A DNA stretch of 64,000 nucleotides from Antechinus flavipes (lineage: Eukaryota), in NCBI RefSeq assembly GCF_016432865.1, contig NC_067401.1:185442001-185506000 (forward strand), written 5' to 3'. A program made the position numbers and the translations under genes. The notes under the pieces are model-generated. The model had not been told where the DNA came from. It saw only the letters and a program-made list of their open reading frames with translations, and did no database searches. This document shows positions 48,750-64,000 of the stretch, piece by piece. Every line of letters starts with the position of its first letter. The stretch's first letter is position 1.

Positions 48750-48930
48750 TTTTTCTTTTGGCCAATATTTTATTTTTCCCAATTATATGTAAAGATAGTT
48801 TTCAACATTCATTTTTATAAGATTGTGAGTTCCAAATTTTTCTCCCTCCCTCCCAGTCCTCCACTCTCCTCAAGACAAGTCTAAATGGCAATCTGATAAA
48901 AGTTATATATTGCAATCAGAGCATACAAGA
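48750..48930 (-). mobile_element. L1 3' end fragment in the CHRNB1 3' UTR region
   Basis: tttatttttcccaattatatgtaaagatagttttcaacattc...ttccaaattttctccctccc, same family as 18255-18420. Confidence 0.7.
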
Positions 48931-49088
48931 TTTAAAAGGGAAAATAAAAAGCTGGGACACTTCCCAGTAAGGAATTTTAAATTGGAGTTTTGTATCACGA
49001 CAAAGGAAACGGAGAAAGAAGACAATCCAGGTACTGGGTTTCTGCGGAAGATTCCACACCAGCTACTCTCGAGGGCTCAGAGGAAACG

Positions 49089-54646
<5,558 letters not shown>

Positions 54647-54734
54647 GCTTTTCACTCTCTCTCTGCTCTCCCTAAACTGGCTTCACAACCCAAGTAAGCT
54701 GGGATCCGGTGGCAGAGGAAATGACTAGGAGTTT

Positions 54735-54767
54735 AGGAATGTGCACCTGTTCAAATGCCTGCAGCTG
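54735..54767 (-). promoter_or_regulatory. CHRNB1: CHRNB1 muscle promoter module: M-CAT plus two E-boxes
   Basis: AGGAATG (= CATTCCT) at 54735-54741, CACCTG at 54744-54749 and CAGCTG at 54762-54767, 90-120 nt upstream of the ATG. Confidence 0.75.
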
Positions 54768-56411
54768 CTGGGACCCTAGTTCTAAAACCCGTGTCTTCTC
54801 TCCCTTTTTCTGTCCTGTCTTTTGTCCCCTGCTCTTAACACTTAAAAGTAATTTTATCTCCTGCTCAGCTACCCTCTCCCATTTGAAACTCCCAGTTTTC
54901 CCAATTTCAGAACAGACATAGAGAATGTACAAATTGCCTTTAATAGAGGAAATGAGCAAGAGAAAGACCCTTGTTCTTGGAGCAAGAGGATTCATGGGCA
55001 GTTGGTGTCTGTGATAGTAGGGCATTGGATGGGATTGCAGTTTCATCAATCATGTAACAATCTGGGTAGGTTGAAATAGATTCTAAGAGATAATCCTTCA
55101 TTCTGACACCAGTTCAATATTCTTTCTTCTAGTGGTTCCTGCTTGTTGCCATCATTGCCTTAGTTTCTTCCTGATGTTTCTAGGGTGTTGGAGTACAACT
55201 CCCTTATTGCCTTGTACTCCTCAACTGATTCGTTCTAGTCTCATTTTAGTCTTATTTTAGTCTTATTTATTCCATCTGCCATGTGTCCCTTTCTTTGGTT
55301 CAACCTAGTTGAAGTGTGATTTACAACCACATTCAATATTTCAGTATTTTTCCCATTATTTCAAGGATTTGTGATCTCATCAGTTTGAGCACTTCTCTAT
55401 AAATATAGATTACAAACCTTCTTGCAGTTTAGCAAATAGCTTTTGAAACTGGCCTTACCTGCAAACTTCATCATCTTGAATACAACTTGACAATTTGGAC
55501 AACAGGCTGTGTCTGGGGCATACCTGAAGCCTTTCTAGGTTGGTTAAGACCTTCCAGAGATTTTGATTCCCTAGCAAAATTCTTAGAAAACCCAGGGTTA
55601 TTCTATTTTGATTTAAAATCTGGGGGAAGTGAGACCTAGAACCAAAGTTCCCTAACATTGCTTGACCAGATAAGAATGTTATGGCTGATTTAGATGGTAA
55701 CTCATTTGTTCTCTCATGCACAGCTTGTACCAGTTGGTTCATTATCCTCTTTCCATCACAGTTGGTGACAATTTCATTATATTTATGGAGGACCCCTAAG
55801 AAGTCCCTAGTGAGGTAGCTAAGTATTCATTTTTCCATATAATTCAGAATTTGTTCCCATAGTCTTCACCCCCAGATGTTTTCCTCCCTCTCACCCACCA
55901 TATCTGGGTCTCTGTGCCTTCACCCTGAAAGTTCATTAAACAGGAATTTGGCTATTTCTTTAACTTTAGACTCCCCAATCCTACTGCCCTGCAACTAGCT
56001 ATGTTTAGGGAGAGATTGAATCCTAAGCTTTAGAAAGTGCTTTTAAAAAGAGGATGGATTTGGGCTTTTTCCCTATATGGAAGAATAAGATTTTTAGAAA
56101 ATTTTCTACAGACAATAAAGGACATGGGTTTTGGTCCATATATAATGTAATCTTTCTGGACCACAAGTAGCATTTATGGAAGAAGTGTGATCCATTGTCT
56201 AAAATGTCTCCTAGTGCAAGCATGTGGCTATTCAGACTCTAGCTCCATCTAAGGAAAAGGGATGATTTCAGCTATAAGCTAGAACCCACAATAGTCAGTA
56301 GAACAGATTCTAGAACTAGGTCCCTGCAGGCCAGAAGTTAGGACAGTGGTAGTTTACAATGGAGTTCAGTGAAGACCAAGACAATGTCTGTGATGGTCCC
56401 AGACATCAGGG

Positions 56412-59400
56412 TTATGTTTCAGGAGGCAAAGAGGCTGGAGGAGGCTTGTCATTTGCAGGAGATGTCTCAGGTACATTGTGCAGGGAAGGCTCCCGGTACA
56501 TGGCCACTGTGAGGAGGATGGAAACAGAGAAAGAGAAATAGTCAGGGATTAAGAAACACAGAAATAAGCAGTGGAGAAATATAAAGAAAGATATTACTAT
56601 AGCCTCTCTTGATCAAAATGATAGATAGGTGATCTTTAAGGACCTTTCTAATTTTAAAAGTTATAATTTTCTGGTTCTATGAAGATGTCACTGTTTTGAT
56701 ACTTGTTTGATTTCTTTCTGTGTTGCTACTGTTAACCTATATTTCTATTAATTTCCCTCCTCCCTCCAAGTGGCCCCTGGATAGAGCATGTCTTAGAATT
56801 CTGAGATAATCTCGTTCAATTCCTTTCCCCTTTCCTTATCTTATATACCCCATTTTAAAAGCATTCAGTATTTATAGATCAGCCCTCCTCACTCCTGCCC
56901 CAACAGAGTCTGTCTGTTGTTCTACTATCATTATACAACTTTTCTGTCACAATATAAAGTGTTTTCAGTGGGAAAAAAAAAAAAAAACACACGCAAACAA
57001 AAGCAGAAGCCTTGCCATACATAGTAAGAAAAGATATGCTTCCCTATCATGGCAAGACTTCCTTTTGTTATGACCTAGTTTGAAATATTTGCTATATAAC
57101 CCTCATAGGATGTGAAAATAGACAGGATCTTTTCTGTGGTAGTGGAAATGTATTTGACATGACAGACCCTCTCATCTCTGAGATGTTCATACCTTCGAGG
57201 AGCTTAGGCACAAAGTGGGCAGCCGCTTTGGTCTTCTTGACTCTATTTCCCTTCATGACATGGCCCTCCTTGTCCAAACCCAAATACCAGGCTCGGCCTG
57301 AACGACGCTGGCGGTAGAGGGCAGAGGCATAGAGGACATAATAGTTCTCAAAGACGCACTCCTTAAAGCGACACTCTGCTGTAAAGTGTGGCTTGAGGAT
57401 AAGGTCACAGAAAGAAAAAAACAAAGGTAGAGAGGAAGAAAGAGAAATTGATATTATTGGGCAAGAGGCTGATATTCCTCAGACTTGAGCCTCCCCTTCC
57501 CCCTTTGAGAAATGATACATAAAATCTACATATGGAATCAAATCCTCTAAGTGCTGAGGGGATGAAATAAAGATGAGCTCTTTGAGCCCAGATGCCTATA
57601 GATTTGAGGGTGGATTTCTGTGTATTCCTATATCTAATTATCCAACCTGACTCCTATCCCTTTCACTCTAATCCCTTCCTTTTTCTCTTTTTTTTTTTTT
57701 AATTTTTTATTTAATAATTACATTATATTGACACTCATTTCTGTTCCGATTTTTTTTTCCCCTCCCTCCCTCCACCCCCTCCCCTAGATGGCAAGCAGTC
57801 CTTTATATGTTGGATATGTTGCAGTATAGCTTTTTCTCCACTATAGTAGTTCTTTAAGTGTGGTCTGCAGATCCTTGGGAGTCCTCCAGTGAGAAAGAGT
57901 ACTCAAGTTCCAAACTATTTTTATAATAATATTAAAATATTATTTGACTATTAAAATACTCCTTGATTTTTCAATTTCATATCCATGTGAGGATATATTA
58001 TCTGCATATAGTTTATTTTTATTCTTTTTGGTGAGGCTTTGTTGTTTGGTGAGGGTTTTGTGACTTGCCCAAGGTCATACATATAGTAAATGTCAAGTAT
58101 CTGAGGCCAAATATGAACTCAGGTCATTCTGATTCCAGGACTAGTGCTCTATCCACTGTGCCACTTAGCTGCCCACCCCCATTATAGTTTAACCAAAAAA
58201 CATATCATAGCAAATTGAATACAAAAGTATATAAGAGAATCTAGTTTTTTTCTATTAAGTCAGACAGTAAAGAGATTTGCAAAAATATGTAAAATAATGC
58301 TATTTTTCTCACTAAGTTCTTTATGTTTTGAATAATGTAGTTATTTTTCAAAAAAATATGCTGTATTGGTTAACATATTTTTGATATTCATCATGTCAGA
58401 CTCTTCATGACCCTATTTAAAGTTTTCTTGGCAAAGATATTGGAGTGGCTTGTCATTTCCTTCTCCAACTCATTTTACAGATGAGAAAACTGAGGCAAAC
58501 AGGATGAAGTGACTTGCCCAAGGTCACAGAACTAGTAAATATCTGAGGTCTAATTTTAATTCAGAAAGATAAATCCTGTAAAATCAGATCTCAGGCCTGG
58601 TGCTTTATCCACTTACCCACCTAGCTGTTCTAACATGGTTAACATGTCCTAGGTTTAGTTTTGCTATTTTAAATGAATTAATAAATATCTTTTAAAACTT
58701 ATGTTTTCATTTTTAGTATCTTAAATATATACTGATGTAGCCCACACAAACAAAAACTCTTTGCCTTATTAACAGAAACTTTTAAAATTGTAAAATAGAA
58801 GCAAAAAGTTTGACAATTTGTAATCTAGTGGATTCCCAGCTGTAAACTGGAGGGGAACAATAGGAAATAAAGAAATCTTTGGACAAATCAGCTAACTTCC
58901 CTAGTCCTCAGTTTCTTCACCTGTAAAAGGAGAGGAATGGGACATATGGATGCTAAAGAAGCCTCTGGCTTGAATTCTAGGATTCTATGATATTTTAGTC
59001 CAACTTCTCTTTTTGTTGATTAGTGAAATTATTTGGTCAAAGAATGCATTACTGGCAGAGTTATGGAAGAACTCAGATCTTTCTTTCACATGCCCTATCT
59101 GGCTATCCTAGTCATAACTAGCTCTGGGCATATAGAGAGATATTCAGAGAAGGCAAGCCACATGGGGTCCTAGGCATGTGGTTGTGAGGATGTCCTTTGC
59201 AAAGACTAGAGGAATCTGGAAATTATCTCTATCAAGAACCTCTTGTGTAGTGAATGGATATGATGAAGATATTGTAAGATTATTGAGAAGAGAACTCAAA
59301 AGTGGCTTTGGTAGGATATGGCAAGGAAAATCTTAAGAAAAAATTAGGGAATTCAGAAAGGGAAATTATTTTGAGACTGATGACTCTGCTGTAGAGTGTG

Positions 59401-62245
59401 TCTAAAGGGTCTAAAGGATCTAAAGGATTGAGAAAAGGGTCAATTGTGGGATTACCAGGGAAAGTGACTGAGAAATCGGTCCCAGCTAGGTCTTTCACCA
59501 GGACAGAAGAAAGTGAAGAGAATCTCACCGAACTGTAGAGTAGCCCCTCAGCATTCATGGCTACATAGTGCCCCAACTTGGTGCTCTGGATAGTGACGAC
59601 TCGGAGACCCACTGGGATCAGGTTAAACTGAGCTGGAGGGTAGAATGAGAGTTAGAGAGCCAAGGCATCTAACCCCTGATCCCTCAATCTTTAGGATGTC
59701 TTGTGCCCACTTCCTCAAAAAAACTCAACCAACCAAACAATAAAACCCTGAGCCTCTCATTATTTCACCCTACCATCAGTTCTACTCCAGGGACAGCTAC
59801 TCTACTCTGGCCCATCCTCACTCATGGATATCAATAACAGAAACAGGATTGGAAAGTTACTAGGTAGACAGGAAATAAGCTATTCCTTCAGGGGCCCAGT
59901 TGCCAGTGCCTTAGAGTACAGCGAGAGAAGAGAAGCCCTAAGCACTTCTTTTCTCCTTTCTAACTCTCCCCATCCCCCAAATTCCCTTCTCCCCCTCACT
60001 GAAAGAGCTGGTATCCTCTTGTGTCCCATTGATGCTCCCATCTGGATTAGCCTGCAGATAGAAACCTTGACGGCAGAAAAGCTTTGTGATGATGCCTTTG
60101 AGCTGGGGTTCTAAGGAGAAAGAGATAGGAAGAACTTGACATTAATTTTGATAGTTTTTTCTTTCCAAGTTTGATCCTAGAAATGGGGGGGGGGGGTGAG
60201 GAAAGTGGGGAAAGTAATTAGGGAGAACTAAGGTCAACTGCTCTTTCACAGACCCACTGAATATAACCCTTTAGCTCTGGCCTCTCAGTCTCCTGAGGAA
60301 TTCTGCACCCTGTCCCTGCCCCCATCATTGGCTCTTAGTTTAATTTATTGAAATTTATGAGTAGTTTAGTTCCTACTCAATAGCTGAGTTGGAGGGGGAG
60401 GGGAAGAATTTATGATAAGAGGAAAAGACAGTGACAAAGGGAACCAGAACCACTAGTTTTTGTAGTGGGTAATCACAGATTGTACGTTGGGGGAAGGGGG
60501 CTACGTAAGCTATGGGGGGAGGGAGTTGACTCTGCTGGAATTAGGCTCGCTGACTCAGCACCTGATGCTGCCCAGCCTGGCTTGGGCCTCTGCCGTGTCT
60601 GCCTGGTCATCTGTGCCACTAATCAGACTGCCACAAGCCTGTCTTTCTGGGGAACCAGAAATCAGGGGACTCCAGTCCTTCTCCTTCTCCAGTCCTTATT
60701 AGCATTAAGGACCCCGGACTTCCAAACTGGGGAGGAAAGATTATAGTAGTGCACACAAAGGATGCGTGTAACTGAAGGACCGAGTGTAAGTGTGTGTGTA
60801 TGTGTGTAAGGGCTAGAGGGGTGTGGAATAGAAGGGCAAAAGGGACATTTCCAAAGGGTGGGCTCTGGACTGTACCACAGAAAAAGGCAGAGTGGGTGGG
60901 AAGAGGAATAATTAAACGAGAACTTGGGGTGGAGGTTGTTGACTCTCTGTAATTAATTTGGAAAAAATAGGTAAGGGAAGACAGGGAAAGCTCCGCTTTT
61001 TGAGACATGGTGGTCTCTTCTTCACCCCTTTTTCTCATAGTATAAGTCCTCAAGGGGTATTTCATGTATACCCCCTGCTCTGCTGCGAGTGGTACAGTCC
61101 CAAGCAGTCTTTCCTGTCCGTGTCCCCCCACCCCGCCTCATCCCTTTAATCCCCCACAATCTGTTCTGAAACCTGGGTTCTATGGAGAGGGGCAGCCAGT
61201 CCAGCTGTGCCAGGGCTTTGTGTTCTTGAGGGAAGCAGGAGTTAGGGGTGTTGTGAAAAGAACTGGGGAGGAGATTCCAAAGGACATTCCTTGTTCTGTC
61301 CCCTGGGTGTGAAGGAGGGGAAAAGGAGAGGACACAGTAGAATTCTGAGATCGGACAGGGAGAGCAGAGTGGGAAGCGGGGAAGGAAGCAAGGAGGCAAG
61401 GGTGGGGGAAGGGCTGATCTGCAAGGACACCCTAGGGAGAGTTAGGAAGGTTGTCTCAGAACCAGAACGAGAAAGATCCAAGCTAGAAACTGGGGTAACA
61501 AAATAATAGAGGAAGGCGAATGGGGTGACCAGCTAAACAGGGGGAAGAGAAAAGAGCGTCGCAGAATCGAAGAAATCAGGTTGTATGACCCAAGTGTTCT
61601 GAGACCTCGGTACTCTCAGTTAGGGGCTTGAAGCAGAGCAGCAAAAAGGCAGGAAGAAATGGACATATACGGCCAGGCAATGCTGAGAGGGAATGGGGAA
61701 ACTGGATGCTTGAATTCCTAAGAGGATCGGGGGTTTAAACTCTTTTAAAACCCTCACATTTCCCTTAGCTGTAGAGTCTCAGGATTATGTGGGTGCAGAG
61801 AAAGGAAGTGAGGATCAGCAGAAAGGGAGAATTTGAAATTGTAGTCTCCCCATTGCCCATTTCTCATTAGGGAGTTTTCGTCTATCTTATCCAACCGTCA
61901 ACTCGGCTCTCTAAAATATTTTCGTCCAGTCTTCCCTGGTTCTCCTCGCTCAGCTGCTCTTCCAGATATTTAGTTTTTCTTCCCCGAGATCTCTATTTTA
62001 GTTTTCACCTCAACCTACTCAGGAGCCCCAAATCCCAACTGTTATCACTCACCCGGTGCCCTGTCCGGCGGCGCCCGTCGCCCCCCACAGAGACGGACCT
62101 TGGAGAGCAGAATCAATATCTGTTTCTGACACAAGGACTTAGTACCCCTCGGACACACTCGCCGTTGGGCTGACACCGGTCGGCTTGTCCCAGGGTCTCG
62201 TACCTCTCTTTTCTGCCGGATCAGACTGCTGGCCAGCGCCGCCAT
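56412..62245 (-). CDS. FGF11: Fibroblast growth factor 11 (FHF3, intracellular FGF), 5 exons, 233 aa
   Basis: Exons 62053-62245, 60000-60110, 59529-59632, 57193-57391, 56412-56506; sum 702 nt. [16 protein letters not shown] start, [40 protein letters not shown]. All introns GT-AG. Confidence 0.98.
57688..57829 (-). mobile_element. Young 5'-truncated L1 3' end in FGF11 intron 3
   Basis: Near-identical to the 10272-10394 insert; poly(T) on the plus strand; 9-bp TSD ctttttctc at 57679-57687 and 57830-57838. Confidence 0.85.
58030..58630. mobile_element. Two CORE-SINEs (about 58030-58175 minus; Mar1-like about 58390-58630 plus) nested in a probable hAT relic
   Basis: SINE head and core motifs; Mar1-like gttttcttggcaaagatattggagtgg..tcatttccttctcc. 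Flanking sequence resembles Charlie-type DNA transposons. Confidence 0.6.
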
Positions 62246-63479
62246 CTCCAACCACCTTCCCTCCCTTTAGGGGACAGTCGAATCTCCCTATGATGTCCCT
62301 TAACTCTGCCACTCTCACAAAGGAGATATACAACCCAAACTATATGAAGGTTCTTCAATAGGACACAATCCTCAAGCTGGCTCCCAGAATGTTCTCCCCC
62401 ACAATTGAAAACAGTGTACCTCCAAATTTATCCCAGATACTCCCTTGTGCGTTCCTGGGTTCTTTGCCGTCAAGTAGTAGTACCCCAATAAGCCCTCCTA
62501 AATACCTCAAAAGGGATCCTTTCAATTGCCCTTTCCCCCTGTAATCCCTAAACTTGAAGGGAATCCTTAAACTCTTCTTGGTTGAAGCTTTGTAATTGTC
62601 CAGCTCTTGGAGTTAATTCCCTTGGTTCCCCTTCCTCATAGCCCCAGCTTTTCTCTCCTTTCCTTCACAGTCCTGGCCTTGAATCGATGTAACTCCAAGG
62701 TTCTTGTTTTTCTGCACCTCTCCATATAATCTCTGCTGCCCAGACTTTGTAGACCTTAATTCACTATAGGAGATGACAGAAATGAATCTCACAATTCCAC
62801 CTTATCAGATAAAGAAATCTAGAAAGGGTGAGGACTACAACATCCCCAAATCATCTATCGCAGCAATACTTGGTGCAGCAGCTGTGAGGTTAAAGGGAAT
62901 TGGGGGTCCTCTTTGCCTCCCCAATTTGGAATGTATCTTCTACCTCTTCTCATCACTCTCAAAACCTATAGCTCAGAACTTCTGGGAGGTTCCATTTGCT
63001 AGGGTCCTGAGCTTCTTTCCAAATCATCCCCTTTTTCATTAAGTCAACATTCTTTACCACCTCAAACCCCGAAAGACTCTAGTTTCTGTATCCTCTAAAC
63101 TTATCCTTACCTCTACTTCCCTGGCGCTTTAAAACGTGCCCTTCCAGCTCCAGCACGTTAGGGGTTATCAAGGTGCAGTGGGTATGGAAGGTCCCTTCTT
63201 ACATCCTGTCACCCCAAAATAGTGAGTCTTTAACTTCACTCTGGATATCTCACAAAATATTATTGGGGAGTCTTGATGCAGTCTTCCAAAATATGGAGCT
63301 ATTTGACCTCCAGCTAGCTATTTGAAAGTGTTGTACCCCACTTTCTCCTTGGTACTCCCCAGATTAACTTGTCTTTTGTACTTCCTTTCTAGCGGTACTG
63401 CACTCCCCAAGATCCCCTTTCACGTTCCTTAAGCAATTACTTGCACCCCACTTTCTTTCCTGAGACCCCCAAACCTGTC

Positions 63480-63850
63480 CTGTTGATCCTGCTGCCGGCA
63501 GTGATGGATGGCTCAGGCTCTCATTCTCCTCCCTCACTGTCCCCCTGTCAGCAGAGGGTTCCCCGCGCGATTCACCTCGACGCTCTCTATCCCTCCCCCC
63601 AAGGAAATAGGGGTGGGTTTACAGGGAGTCCCTAGTCCCCCGATGGCGGCGCTCCAGGCCTCAGCAGCAGGATTGACTGGAAAGCAAACCCAAGCAGCAG
63701 AAGCAGTAACGGCAGCCGTAGCGGCAGCCGCAAACTCGCGTCCTGCTCCCCCACCTCAGCCTAAGAACCCTACCCGAGGGCGGGACAGGGGGCGGAGACA
63801 GCATTAAAAAAAAGGGAGGGGGGCGGTGGAAAGGGACTCCTGGATCTGTT
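63480..63850 (-). promoter_or_regulatory. FGF11: CpG-rich candidate upstream FGF11 promoter or 5' exon
   Basis: Local CpG enrichment, (GCT/GCC)-rich leader-like text, YY1-like GATGGCGGC, minus-strand donor GAG|GTGAAT at 63576/63575. Confidence 0.4.
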
Positions 63851-64000
63851 AGAGGACCTGGAAATATAAGTGGTTGGGGATATAGGGAGGGAACAAACAA
63901 GCTGGTGGTGGGAAGCTAGTCATAACTCCCAGGAGGGGGAACTAGGTGCAGAGCTTTGACTCGGGGGGAGAAAAGAGACAAATGTCTAGGTCTGCATGAG

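Noticed and set aside
63508-63807. Plus-strand ORF containing MAALQASAAG, resembling the FGF11 start (12-nt inverted match to 62234-62246)
   Set aside because: The shared GATGGCGGCGCT is a common YY1/Kozak-like GC motif; the rest has no FGF similarity and is low-complexity.

Overview
Mammalian genomic DNA, almost certainly from a marsupial. The CORE-SINE, RTE and L1 repeat types look dasyurid-like (possibly Tasmanian devil); this is inferred from repeat morphology, not from a database match. The window is the block syntenic to human 17p13.1. I traced five protein-coding genes exon by exon: POLR2A (minus, 29 coding exons, 1970 aa, complete CTD), an SLC35G6/AMAC-type EamA transporter (minus, 2 exons), ZBTB4 (plus, 1015 aa), CHRNB1 (minus, 11 exons, 502 aa) and FGF11 (minus, 5 exons, 233 aa). 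All reading frames are intact. Introns and intergenic DNA contain L1, L2, MIR, CORE-SINE, RTE, hAT and solo-LTR relics, microsatellites, and one 129-nt N gap. I found no rRNA, tRNA, CRISPR array or unexplained long ORF, and no wholly new biological system that I can support. The best leads are: (1) two pore-ring substitutions in CHRNB1 M2 (T at 2', S at 20'); (2) a strong-context 37-codon uORF in the POLR2A leader; (3) a possible splice-dependent uORF/N-terminal-extension switch in the ZBTB4 leader; (4) back-to-back poly(A) signals between SLC35G6 and the POLR2A promoter; (5) two very young L1 3' insertions; (6) miR-17/miR-19 sites in the ZBTB4 3' UTR. Human and rodent comparisons are from memory and need checking.
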